Shown: positions 29,945 to 39,806, counted from the first letter of the stretch. The stretch: DNA of 64,000 nucleotides from a virus (IMGVR_UViG_3300020473_002200:1-64000); one strand, 5' to 3'. Numbers and translations are program-made. The notes: generated by a model not told the origin, from the letters alone.

Positions 29945-32596
29945 ATGTCAGGAATTGAAAGTAGAGAAAAGTGGAAGAAGACTGGTTTACACCATGTCCC
30001 TACCGCTACAAGGATTAGTTATAGTGTAGCTCCCCATAATTTTCACATCGGACTTCCCAACGATCCTGAGTTTAAATCAAATCTAAAAGTTATGGGCGCC
30101 GCGCTCGTTAGATCAGGTATTACCGGTTCGTTACAAAAACTTCCTGATGGAACAAATTATTTAAGAGGTTCAAATGATATCACTATTACGAATAATAGCG
30201 ATGGCTCTATAACTGTTGGAACAAGCGCATCTGGTTTTTCTGGCAATCTAACAAATCCTTTAACAATTGGAGACGGCGTACAATTAAGCTCTGGTGGTTC
30301 TACGTTTAACGGCTCTGCAGCTGATACTTTGTCTATATCTTTGGCAACAAATTCTGGCTTGGGAATATCTTCAAATAAGCTAAAGGTAGATATTAACGCA
30401 TTAACAGAGGCAACTCCAGCTGCTGGTGATTTTTTAATAATGAGGGATGCGACTGATAGCACTCTTAAGAAATTTAATTTTTCCAGTATAAGCACTTCAG
30501 CACAAGCCAACGTAACACTTCAGAATTCTTTAGTCGCAGGACAAGGTTTAGATTATACAACTTCTGGTAATTACAATAATAGCGCTGCCAAGACCATGAA
30601 GATAGATTTTGCAACAAATTCTGGTTTGGCATTTAGCACTGGTAACGAATTAATAATAAGTCCTGCCGCAGCTGCATCAATAAGCTCAGCTGCAGATGAT
30701 GACGTTATATTGATCGGTGATACATCTGATAGCGGTAATGTTAAAAAAATTGCCGTTAGTGCATTAAGACCATCTGCTTTATCTAACGCCCTAACAGCTG
30801 GTAACGGTGTGGAGTATACCACATCTGGAGCCACTTATGATAATACTGCCGCTAAGACTATGCAAGTAAAGGCAAATGGCGCCACGGTGTCTGTTTCTTC
30901 CTCTGGTATTGCTGTAGCCTCCACTCCTGGAGCGCTCACACACTCGACGGGAATATCTGCACTAAATTTTAATGGTTCGTCAAATACTACAATCGGGATT
31001 GACACAAGTGTTGTACCCCAGCTGGGCGCATCAACTAACACATTCACAGGAAACATTACGGTTGGTGGAAATTTACAAACCAAGGTGCTTCATGGTGGCG
31101 ACGGTAATGATCTAATAAAGGCTGGATCTAACGTTTCTATTTCTAAAGACGGCTCACACGGTACAATCACAATTAGTGCATCAAACACAGTGGACGTTGG
31201 ATCAATGTCTAGCGCAACTCCTTCTCGTGATGACTTAATGTTAATTGAGAAAGGGGGTGCGAATAAAAGAACAACAGTCGCTGCGGTAGCTGATGCAGTA
31301 GATCGTTCGTCTCTTGTGTTGGGTAGTGATACAATATCTTCAGTAACGCCTAATCCAGCCACAGCAGCCACGCTGTCTGTAAAGATTGCGGATACCACCA
31401 TTGGAACTACAAACTCTGGAATACATGTCCAGAGGGTCCCAAATAAGGTTATTGATGGGACGGGTATTTTGGACTTTTCCTATGATGGCTCTGCGGCCTC
31501 GACTGTCGCAATAGATAATTCTGTTGTCGCAACACTTACGGGATCGGTTTTTTCTGGTAATGTTAAATTTAGTACAGGTGTTTCAGGCTCAATGCAAACG
31601 TTGGCGACAGGTGAATCTTACATCATCGGTGGTACTGGAATATCCGTAACTACATCTTCTATAGGTCAAGTCCTTATTACAAATACTTTCGATCCTCTTA
31701 TCACACTAGCTGCTGATGATATTGTTTCTGGTGATTCACAAATAGATTTGGTAACATCAAACGGCGGCATTAATATGAAGTCGCCTGGTGATATGATCGT
31801 TGATGTAACGAAAACAATCTTTAGTGGATCGATAAAGGCTCTTAATGGACTAACAGGATCACTGCAAATGCTATCAAATGGAGCGCCCTATCTAAGATCT
31901 GGAAATAACGTAAGTATTACAACAGGTAGTGATGGTGCGGTGACGATTAGCGTTGATAATATGCGCGATAAAGATATGTACATCTTGTCTGCAACCAATG
32001 CATTTACAGATATAACAATCTCTAGCACTGACGCCGCGGCAGTCGAATACGATCCTCACCTTATAGACGTATTCTTAAACGGTGTTTTATTATGCTCAGG
32101 TTCAGCTACAGAGGTACAAAATTCGCAAGCAGACTATTGCTTAACAGGTACGGATCAATTAAAGTTTTCTTTTGCTGTTGAGGCTAATGATTTATTGGGT
32201 GTCGTTGTGAATACAGCGTCTGGTGGTGGTGGTTTCGCCGGTGCGGCCGCTCCGTATATTACATTCGGCGCACACGACGTTCTAGAAAATGAAAGGGTTC
32301 TCCGCGTATCTGATTTTATGTCACTAACCACAACGGACGCGGGCTTTATAGATTTAGACGTAAAAAGAAAGAAAATAATGATACCAATTACAGCTACACT
32401 TTCTGCTGGTTCTCCACTAAGTTCTGGATTTGATTTTTCAAAAGCACTATATGATCCAGAAAGAATTGATGTATTCGTAAATGGGACTTTGCTTACCACG
32501 GGTTCTGCGTATGATTATTCTCTGCAACCTACCAGCAACGTAATTTTTACGTTCGATCTTTTTATTGACGATAATGTCATAATAAGTGTGACTTAA
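29945..32596 (+). CDS. Tail fibre-like protein with multiple internal repeat families
   Basis: Repeats include L.GSLQ.L.DG..YL..G.N..IT..SDG.(I/V)T(I/V), L..G.G......Y...AA.T..I, and shaft-type D...I.D.....KK. Two C-terminal IDVF(L/V)NG.LL..GS..DY......F.F domains are present. Confidence 0.7.
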   Translation: MSGIESREKWKKTGLHHVPTATRISYSVAPHNFHIGLPNDPEFKSNLKVMGAALVRSGITGSLQKLPDGTNYLRGSNDITITNNSDGSITVGTSASGFSGNLTNPLTIGDGVQLSSGGSTFNGSAADTLSISLATNSGLGISSNKLKVDINALTEATPAAGDFLIMRDATDSTLKKFNFSSISTSAQANVTLQNSLVAGQGLDYTTSGNYNNSAAKTMKIDFATNSGLAFSTGNELIISPAAAASISSAADDDVILIGDTSDSGNVKKIAVSALRPSALSNALTAGNGVEYTTSGATYDNTAAKTMQVKANGATVSVSSSGIAVASTPGALTHSTGISALNFNGSSNTTIGIDTSVVPQLGASTNTFTGNITVGGNLQTKVLHGGDGNDLIKAGSNVSISKDGSHGTITISASNTVDVGSMSSATPSRDDLMLIEKGGANKRTTVAAVADAVDRSSLVLGSDTISSVTPNPATAATLSVKIADTTIGTTNSGIHVQRVPNKVIDGTGILDFSYDGSAASTVAIDNSVVATLTGSVFSGNVKFSTGVSGSMQTLATGESYIIGGTGISVTTSSIGQVLITNTFDPLITLAADDIVSGDSQIDLVTSNGGINMKSPGDMIVDVTKTIFSGSIKALNGLTGSLQMLSNGAPYLRSGNNVSITTGSDGAVTISVDNMRDKDMYILSATNAFTDITISSTDAAAVEYDPHLIDVFLNGVLLCSGSATEVQNSQADYCLTGTDQLKFSFAVEANDLLGVVVNTASGGGGFAGAAAPYITFGAHDVLENERVLRVSDFMSLTTTDAGFIDLDVKRKKIMIPITATLSAGSPLSSGFDFSKALYDPERIDVFVNGTLLTTGSAYDYSLQPTSNVIFTFDLFIDDNVIISVT

Positions 32597-32625
32597 TATT
32601 TATAGATAGAACAAGGGGAAATGTT

Positions 32626-32847
32626 TTGAGTGACGCTAGATACATCACATCCGATATAGCTATAGCAGCCTACCTTATGTTAAGAGGCTTAAGGTTGCTT
32701 ACTGCATCTCGTGAAGTGAGTGGAAAGTTTAAGTTTGAGTTTGAAGATTCTAAAAAAGAGGCGCAGTCTTTAGCCGTTGAATATATTTCATCGGAATTTT
32801 GTGTGTTTGATACGCATCTTAAGAATCTAAAAAAGTTGTTGTACTAG
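32626..32847 (+). CDS. Small phage protein, DUF5659-like
   Basis: ITSDIAIAAYLMLRG..L......KFKFEF...Y....FDTHLKNLKKLLY fits the pattern of the small DUF5659-type phage proteins as I recall it. TTG start with AGGGG at 32614-32618. Confidence 0.55.
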   Translation: MSDARYITSDIAIAAYLMLRGLRLLTASREVSGKFKFEFEDSKKEAQSLAVEYISSEFCVFDTHLKNLKKLLY

Positions 32848-32920
32848 TTGAATTGTTGAGTAGAGTTACATTCGTTGTACTAAGTTTCGTTTTTTTAAAA
32901 AAAGTATGTTACTTTAAGTT

Positions 32921-32939
32921 CCTATGATATAATTATAGG
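32921..32939 (+). promoter_or_regulatory. Candidate extended -10 promoter (TGATATAAT) inside an inverted repeat
   Basis: TG-A-TATAAT at 32925-32933 lies within CCTATGAT-ATA-ATTATAGG (8-bp stem with one G-T pair), in a 208-nt AT-rich intergenic gap upstream of the 33056 gene. No good -35 was seen. Confidence 0.45.
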
Positions 32940-33040
32940 CGTTCCTTTCTTTAGTTTTTATTTCAATCAAATTTCATTTTTTTACGTGTAGTTCTAATTA
33001 GGCAAATCGATTTGTCTGATTTATAGAAACAGCTATTATA

Positions 33041-33047
33041 TAAGGAG
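33041..33047 (+). promoter_or_regulatory. Strong Shine-Dalgarno (TAAGGAG)
   Basis: TAAGGAG lies 8 nt upstream of ATG 33056. Similar AGGAG/GAGGAGG sites precede 10429, 35973, 53161 and 63665. Confidence 0.8.
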
Positions 33048-33055
33048 AAAAATTA

Positions 33056-35842
33056 ATGGCTAGAACACAAATACAATTTACCGCAGTTTCGGGATCACTT
33101 CCCTCAGGCGGAGGCAGCGCGACGGCCGCGTCGGGGATGTCTGTAAGTGCACACGGTAGTCTAAAAGACACACTTGATCTTTTAGCAAGCAGTATCGCGC
33201 GTATTCACGGGTCTACAGACTGGTCAAACGTCGCCGAGGGCATTTTCAATGCTGCAACAAAACATGGTACACAGGCTGGTAGTGGTGTCGACGCACACTT
33301 CTATACTGCAGGTACAGCTGCTCATGTCGGTCTTCATTGGGATGCCGACGGTAATACAGAAGGTACGTTGATCGGTGGTGCTGATGACCACGGTGTCGAC
33401 TTTAAATTCTTCGGTGAGTCCTCTGGCAAGTACGTTCAGTGGGATATGTCTGGAGACGAACTAGTCCTCGCGTCTTCCGCTAAGTTGTCATTCCATGACG
33501 CTGCAGGCGACGAAAACATTGTTGCCTCAGCTGATGGTCACTTGGAAATTAATTCAGGTACCACTCTCGACATGACAGCTCCAACCGTCGATATTAATGC
33601 CTCAACAGCAGTAACACTCGATACACCAAGTGTTGTTGTTGCTAGTTCCACGACTGACAAGCCAGACTTTGTTATCAAGAACACTAATGATGATGCTACC
33701 GGCCCTGAGCTACAGCTTACTCTAGATACATCTTCTAGCGCAGCTGCTGACGATGTCGCAGGTACCATTAAATTCATTGCTGATGATGCAGGAAATAATC
33801 AAACTGAGTACGGTAGAATTCAGGTAACAGCAGCTGCAGTAACAGCTGGTTCTGAGTCAGGTAAGCTGGCTCTGGGTGTTGCTACAACAGGATCAGGCGC
33901 ATACGCTAATGTTATTGAGATTACTGGTGGGGCTACCGCTGCAGCCAGTACTACAGTCATTAAGGGCCATCTGCAGGTTGACGGTACAACTACAACTGTC
34001 AACTCAACAACAGTCACCATTGATGATCCAATCTTTACATTAGGTGGTGATACAGCACCTAGTTCATCTGACAGTAAAGACCGTGGTATTGAATTCCGTT
34101 ATTACGCAGATTCCGCTGCTAGAATTGGTTTTATGGGTTGGGATGATAGTGCAAGTGGTTTTACACTGCTTAGCGCTGCATCAAACAGCTCGGAAGTATT
34201 TTCTGGTACTGCTGCGGACTTGGTCATGGGCGGCTTGACAGCTACGACTATTGGTGCTACTGGCGCCTGTACTCTAGCCAGCTCCTCCGGTGTGACCACC
34301 ATTGGTTCTACCACTGGTGCCACTATTTCGGCAGCGGGCGTTTTAAATGTCAACAACGCAACTGATTCAACAGCAGCCACTAACGGTTCTTTACAGACTG
34401 ATGGTGGTTTAGGTGTTGTTAAAGACATTATTGCTGGTGCCGATGTTAAACTACTCTCAGATTCATCATCGCTCTCTTTGGGTGAAGATAGCGACGCTAC
34501 TTTTACTCATGACGGTACAACTGGGTTGACTATTGCTGCCACCCCCATTAGTGTTAACTCTACTGGTGACTTAACTTTGGATTCATCCACTGACATCGTT
34601 CTTGATGCTGCTGGTGCCGACATTATTTTGAAACATAACAGCACTGAATCAGCAAGGCTTACAATGGCTAGCACCACAAGCGTTGAATTGGCAGCTATAG
34701 GTGATATTATATTAGATCCAGCTGGCGGAAACGTACAGCCTGGTAGTGATGGTGCCGATACTCTAGGCTTGGAATCAGTATGGACGTCCAATTCAGAGGC
34801 CTCTATATCCGACTTTGGTTCGAATGCTAATACTTCTGTCTCGATTGATATGACATCATCTCGCCTGTTAGCCCTTCAGTGGGGATCGAGCATTAGCGCA
34901 GGTTCTGGTTCGTCTATTAGCAATCTGAGTAACAGTAATATTGGCAACGCTGACCAAATCGATGCTGACACTACGACCATCACCATCTCAGGCAGTCCAT
35001 CAAGCGTGTCGGTAGCTGCTGGTACTCTAATAGGTCTTTCAGATTCTTCAGGTACTATGTATTTTTACGTGACTGAGGCCTATAGTTCTGGTTCATCTTT
35101 ATATGTGGATTATGCTCACAATATTGCCTCGAATGCGTCATCATTGACGTCATGTAACAATCTCCAGTCGTTCTCTCCATCCTCGTCCAGCGCTTATGGT
35201 GGTGGTGGTATAACAGCTGATAAATACATACAAATTACCGTTAGCGGTACGGAATACCACTTCCAGGCTAAGAGTACAATTTCAACTAACGGTCTCTATC
35301 TGCTTGTTGATCCACTCCCAGGATCTAGTACCGGTGGAGCAACAACTTATACACACACCACTAGCCCAAGCTCTGTGAAGACAAATTCGTCTGCACCAGC
35401 TTCGAGAGTGGCCTGGGCCGGAATTGAGACTGACTCACTTCGGTTAAATGATGTAAGTGGCGCAAAGGGTATTGCTGTAACTCAAATCCTTGATGAAGAT
35501 GCGATGGGTTCTAATAGCGATACAGCTCTTGCGACCCAACAGTCAATTAAGGCCTACGTTGATTCGCAGGCTTTTACACCTGACTTGTGGATTCAGGTAG
35601 CAACAGATACGACCTCCGCGAACAATGCATTCACGATCAGTGGATCTGCGGTCTCTGGTTCAACAAGCGGCGCTTCATTTGGTACTAGTACTACACTGAA
35701 TGCACTACAGGTATTTGTCAATGGTCAGTTGCAATATATCGGTTCTGGTAAAGACGTTACAGTCACCGGTACAAAGGAACTAACGTTCACTTATGATATC
35801 GTTGCTGATGATGTTATTGCAGTCCACTACTACGGTGACTAA
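33056..35842 (+). CDS. Tail/whisker fibre-like protein, mosaic of marine-phage fibre modules
   Basis: It contains VDGTTTTVNSTTVTIDDPIFTLGGDTAP..DSKDRGIEFRY...GFMGWDDS and ILDEDAMGSNSDTALATQQSIKAYVD, motifs I recognise from cyanophage/pelagiphage-type fibres. It has a C-terminal VFVNGQLQ...FTYDIVADDVI domain, a strong SD and a downstream terminator. Confidence 0.7.
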   Translation: MARTQIQFTAVSGSLPSGGGSATAASGMSVSAHGSLKDTLDLLASSIARIHGSTDWSNVAEGIFNAATKHGTQAGSGVDAHFYTAGTAAHVGLHWDADGNTEGTLIGGADDHGVDFKFFGESSGKYVQWDMSGDELVLASSAKLSFHDAAGDENIVASADGHLEINSGTTLDMTAPTVDINASTAVTLDTPSVVVASSTTDKPDFVIKNTNDDATGPELQLTLDTSSSAAADDVAGTIKFIADDAGNNQTEYGRIQVTAAAVTAGSESGKLALGVATTGSGAYANVIEITGGATAAASTTVIKGHLQVDGTTTTVNSTTVTIDDPIFTLGGDTAPSSSDSKDRGIEFRYYADSAARIGFMGWDDSASGFTLLSAASNSSEVFSGTAADLVMGGLTATTIGATGACTLASSSGVTTIGSTTGATISAAGVLNVNNATDSTAATNGSLQTDGGLGVVKDIIAGADVKLLSDSSSLSLGEDSDATFTHDGTTGLTIAATPISVNSTGDLTLDSSTDIVLDAAGADIILKHNSTESARLTMASTTSVELAAIGDIILDPAGGNVQPGSDGADTLGLESVWTSNSEASISDFGSNANTSVSIDMTSSRLLALQWGSSISAGSGSSISNLSNSNIGNADQIDADTTTITISGSPSSVSVAAGTLIGLSDSSGTMYFYVTEAYSSGSSLYVDYAHNIASNASSLTSCNNLQSFSPSSSSAYGGGGITADKYIQITVSGTEYHFQAKSTISTNGLYLLVDPLPGSSTGGATTYTHTTSPSSVKTNSSAPASRVAWAGIETDSLRLNDVSGAKGIAVTQILDEDAMGSNSDTALATQQSIKAYVDSQAFTPDLWIQVATDTTSANNAFTISGSAVSGSTSGASFGTSTTLNALQVFVNGQLQYIGSGKDVTVTGTKELTFTYDIVADDVIAVHYYGD

Positions 35843-35883
35843 TTTTTAATGATTTAATCTTTAACGATTAGTTGTTGACTTTT

Positions 35884-35917
35884 GAAGGGGAGACTTTGTC
35901 TCCCCTTCTTTTTTTTT
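35884..35917 (+). terminator. Rho-independent terminator
   Basis: Perfect 11-bp stem GAAGGGGAGAC / GTCTCCCCTTC with a TTT loop, followed by nine T, 41 nt after the stop of the 33056 gene. Confidence 0.92.
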
Positions 35918-35972
35918 AACTCTGAACTGCTTTTTCTTAAAATTCAACAAAATGCTTATACGAGGAGGAAGT

Positions 35973-36485
35973 ATGACTCAAACGCTTTTAGATGAAAAAC
36001 TTCAACTAGAAATAGATAAGTTAAAAAAAATGCAACAATCTGATTTAAACAGCCAGAGGCTAATTGATGGTTTCACTGTTCATTTCAAGAAAAAACTTGA
36101 AGAGCTAAAAAATATTGATGATGGCCAGCTTTTATTACAAAGCGCAGTTGAACTATTGAATAGCGTCCCCGCGCTATTATTAGATTTTGCAGCCGAGGTA
36201 TCAAACACTAGAAGAGAGCAAGGCGCGCGCATTAACGCTATTCAAGACTGTCGTGATGTATTGGTCGAAGAAGCAGAAGCCCAAGCTAGAGAAGAAGCGC
36301 GTATTCAAGAGCTAGCTGATAAAATTAAGGATGGCGAAAATGTCAAATCTAGAAAAATAGGAGAGCATCCATCTAGATTAAAAGAGATTAGAAAGGCTCA
36401 AGATCTAGTGTCTGAAGAGCAGCAGATCGAAGAAGAAGCTGATGATGTCGAAGTTATAGAAGACGAAGAGCAAAAAGAAGAGTAG
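35973..36485 (+). CDS. Hypothetical coiled-coil protein with acidic C-terminus (possible assembly chaperone)
   Basis: Helical, charged ORF ending EEEADDVEVIEDEEQKEE. The start is moved from 35952 to ATG 35973 because GAGGAGG lies at 35962-35968. Confidence 0.65.
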   Translation: MTQTLLDEKLQLEIDKLKKMQQSDLNSQRLIDGFTVHFKKKLEELKNIDDGQLLLQSAVELLNSVPALLLDFAAEVSNTRREQGARINAIQDCRDVLVEEAEAQAREEARIQELADKIKDGENVKSRKIGEHPSRLKEIRKAQDLVSEEQQIEEEADDVEVIEDEEQKEE

Positions 36486-36536
36486 TCCAGCTGCTTAATT
36501 TAACCCACAGAATCCCGAGAGTGTATATTTAACATC

Positions 36537-39500
36537 ATGGCTGGAATTCTTGATCCAAAATCTAGATTTTTCGATACCTTTTTAACGAAAGAAGGTCGAC
36601 GACAACTCGCTAATGGCGAAATACGCACTAGATTTGTGTCTTTCTCAGATAGCTTAACGGCGTACGATCAATCAGAGTTAGGTGTTATTGATCAAAAAGA
36701 TGGCTCAATTTTCTTTGAGGCTATGTCTAGACCTCAAGACCAAATAGTGACTGAAAACCCAAGCGTTGTCAATATGATGGAGCTGAGGAATCCTTCTGCT
36801 CAACCCGCATTTTTAGCGAAAGAAATCCACAACCCCAAAACAAACGTTACCCAAACAGCGATGACCAATGCTACAATGTTTGGCAAAGAGATCTTAGTTC
36901 CCCCCGACGGCCGTGAAATTCTGGTTGTAACCAGCTCTGGTATAGATAGAAAAACTATCGATTATGATCCAAGATCTTCATTTTACATTAGCGGTAGTCG
37001 TTCACAAGAGCTGTTTTATGATCCAAGTGTAACGGGATTTAAGGGGTGGTGGATATTCGATGAAACTGTAACACAACTAAACGAATTTACTGAGCCGGCT
37101 TTTTTGAACTTTGAAAGAAGTATAGTTTCTAGTCGCACAATAACACATACTAATGACGAGGCCGGTGGTCCTTTACGCGATAATACAACATCAATTACAT
37201 TTAGCGGGAATCTGGAATTCGCTGCAACGCAAGGTGATATAATTGGATTTAAGGATGATGGTACCGGGGAAAGGATAGCGTACACTGTACAGACAACAAT
37301 TTCTGCAGACAGCACAAACACTTTGAGCGTAAAGTTTTCCCCCGCGTTTTCCGTTAATTTACACCAGGTCGCAAAAAATGACAAAAACTCTAAGAGAGAT
37401 GCTCATCCTGAAATGTTTATGCTGGCCAGTGCTGTCGATAGTTTTCACTTCTTGGCTGCGAATGTTAGTCAAAATTTATCTTCAAGTAGTCCACTGTCTA
37501 CCAACGCGGCATATATGGTGTATAATTCAACATCTAATACCAACGTAATCGATTCTACTCCTGTTTTCGATGATAGACATTTATCTTCTATATCTGAGCT
37601 AGGGAAGGCTTATAAAACGAGAGAAGATAGCTTTATTCAGATTAACTTACGCGAAAAGCATTACGCAACAGGAAAAGATTCTGAAGGAAAAGACTTATAT
37701 GGCGCTGACTGGGGTGCCCCTCCCTTTATGGCTGATTCGTCTACAAACGAAAAAAATGCGTATATAAACCAGATCTCTGTATGGTTTTATATACAATCTG
37801 AAGGTTTCGACTCTGGGAACGAACAAACAATAATGCAGCTTTTTTATGATTCTACTAAAAAGGCAGTAGAGGTATTTGCTGCTAACCAGGTTCTAAAAGT
37901 AAGGGCATATACGAACCAAGACTCAAATATTCAAAAATATACAGAGTTAACTGTTAGTTCAACGGGCATTGAATCTGAAAAATGGCATAGGGTATCATTG
38001 GTATATGGAAAGCACGCTGGCCGTAGAATACGTGGAAACGACGGCCAGTATTATTACGACTATTATCTTCATGTAACGCTAGATGGTGATAGAAGAAAAT
38101 CTTTTAGAAAAATTGTAACAAAAAATTATCAACTTGGTAATATGACTGATTTAATTTTAGGCGCAAATTTGGAAAATTTATCTTCCAGACCTTCTGATAA
38201 TAGGCGCTTGAAAGGTTTTATTCAAGAGTGTCAATATTACATTAAAGAATCACCACGAAAGCCCAAGTGGATAGAGACTCGGGGCGCTGTTCCTGCTCTA
38301 TTAACAGGGTCAATAAACGATAAATATAATGATGAAATTAAGAATCTTGAGACTTCTGATATCTTTAATATGTCTGGGATGTTTCCAGAAAATGCAGAAA
38401 AACCAAGCAAGACAGAAGTTGACGGCCTAGTCAGGTATAGATCATCGCTGAAATCAGTGGGTGGCCAACATGTAACGCTAAGCGGTTCAAAAATTAGCGT
38501 CCGTGATTCTTTAAGGGAATGGGTGCATTATAATCCAATTAGGAATGAGTCTGCGCTATATTTCGCGGGTATGGGTTCAAAGACGTACGTAAAAGAGCAG
38601 CAACTTGAGAGAGGATTAAGTAGGACAACAGTTAAGCAAATCGTTGAGAGAGCCAAAATGACAATGTCTGGTAGCTTGATAGCTTATAGACAGCTTGGTT
38701 TATTGCAGCATGTAGATTTAGATGTACCGGTTTCAGGAAGCGCTCCATTAACCATCGTAAGATCACGCTTGGTTGAAAAGGAAACTGAGACTCCTGGTGA
38801 GGCCGAGTTCGTAAGAACAGTCGTTGCCGAATCAGACACTACAAAATTCAATACAAGGCTTAAAGTTTTTCCAACGATAGAACCCATATACGGTAAGGCT
38901 CCAAACAATTATTCTGTTTTTGAGCCCAAGAGTATTGAGACCGCGCTCGGCCCCGCGTCCGGACGCTTTCTAGAAAATGCTGGTACTGTTTTCGCTTTGG
39001 AAGAAATTATGGATAATGAGCTTGATAGTGACGAATTAACATTTTCAAGCTCAAGATTGCCAAATTACTTTTTGCTTCCACCTATCGCTGCTGATCACTT
39101 CAAGTTTGACCATGACGGAGAGCCAGATAGCCTTGTAGACTTTATGTCATGGAGAGAGTTTCTAAGAAGACGTCATATTCGGCATGAACAAGATTTCGAT
39201 GAGGCAAGAAAAGGTAAGATTAAAGAAAAGCAGGTTACTTTTTCTGCTGCTCGTGAGAGATATTATGAGCTAATGGAGTCTTGGTATAAGACTTTAATTC
39301 CAGAAGATACGCTTAGGGCCTTAGTCACTCGCTTTGGCACCAGTTTATGGTCCGACACAAACGAAGGCTTAATGAGGTACTTGACTCGTGATGCGAATGT
39401 ATCAGGGGGTGGTAAGCGTAATGCAATAGATTACCCTCTAGAACAATTTAACGAAGAAATTCTTTTTACGAAGACCAGTTTACTTAATAAGTCGTTTATA

Positions 39501-39806
39501 CAAATGTTTGAGGTTGCTAAGGAAGATGGAAAAGCTACGTTTACGAAGCTTATTATTAGAGATTTAGGCGTAATGAGGAAAGGTCCTCGGGGAAGTTTGT
39601 GGCGCTATGTTTGGGGTCGTGATCAACGTAAGTTTCGAGGTGTGGCCTCTGATCCATTATCTGATAACCCTGCAAACTGGACAGGATTAGAGCATGTATT
39701 CGCTTTTGGAAAAATAATAGACAAAAAGACGAACCCTAATGTTCCTGGAACAGAAATATATTTCTTTCCTTTATTCACTCTGGCTTTTGATATAGAGGTA
39801 AATTAA
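36537..39806 (+). CDS. Virion structural protein with a gpH-collar-like N-terminal module and a LamG-like domain
   Basis: The N-terminus MAGILDPKSRFFDTFLTKEGRRQLANGEIRTRFVSFSD is paralogous to that of the 53161 gene. LamG-like ISVWFYI...KWHRVSLVY...LILGA...LKGFIQECQYY is present. Confidence 0.6.
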   Translation: MAGILDPKSRFFDTFLTKEGRRQLANGEIRTRFVSFSDSLTAYDQSELGVIDQKDGSIFFEAMSRPQDQIVTENPSVVNMMELRNPSAQPAFLAKEIHNPKTNVTQTAMTNATMFGKEILVPPDGREILVVTSSGIDRKTIDYDPRSSFYISGSRSQELFYDPSVTGFKGWWIFDETVTQLNEFTEPAFLNFERSIVSSRTITHTNDEAGGPLRDNTTSITFSGNLEFAATQGDIIGFKDDGTGERIAYTVQTTISADSTNTLSVKFSPAFSVNLHQVAKNDKNSKRDAHPEMFMLASAVDSFHFLAANVSQNLSSSSPLSTNAAYMVYNSTSNTNVIDSTPVFDDRHLSSISELGKAYKTREDSFIQINLREKHYATGKDSEGKDLYGADWGAPPFMADSSTNEKNAYINQISVWFYIQSEGFDSGNEQTIMQLFYDSTKKAVEVFAANQVLKVRAYTNQDSNIQKYTELTVSSTGIESEKWHRVSLVYGKHAGRRIRGNDGQYYYDYYLHVTLDGDRRKSFRKIVTKNYQLGNMTDLILGANLENLSSRPSDNRRLKGFIQECQYYIKESPRKPKWIETRGAVPALLTGSINDKYNDEIKNLETSDIFNMSGMFPENAEKPSKTEVDGLVRYRSSLKSVGGQHVTLSGSKISVRDSLREWVHYNPIRNESALYFAGMGSKTYVKEQQLERGLSRTTVKQIVERAKMTMSGSLIAYRQLGLLQHVDLDVPVSGSAPLTIVRSRLVEKETETPGEAEFVRTVVAESDTTKFNTRLKVFPTIEPIYGKAPNNYSVFEPKSIETALGPASGRFLENAGTVFALEEIMDNELDSDELTFSSSRLPNYFLLPPIAADHFKFDHDGEPDSLVDFMSWREFLRRRHIRHEQDFDEARKGKIKEKQVTFSAARERYYELMESWYKTLIPEDTLRALVTRFGTSLWSDTNEGLMRYLTRDANVSGGGKRNAIDYPLEQFNEEILFTKTSLLNKSFIQMFEVAKEDGKATFTKLIIRDLGVMRKGPRGSLWRYVWGRDQRKFRGVASDPLSDNPANWTGLEHVFAFGKIIDKKTNPNVPGTEIYFFPLFTLAFDIEVN

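Noticed and set aside
32838-32882. Two GTTGTACTA repeats 36 nt apart as a mini-CRISPR array
   Set aside because: The repeat is only 9 nt with two copies, and there are no cas genes in the window. Kept only as possible operator sites.
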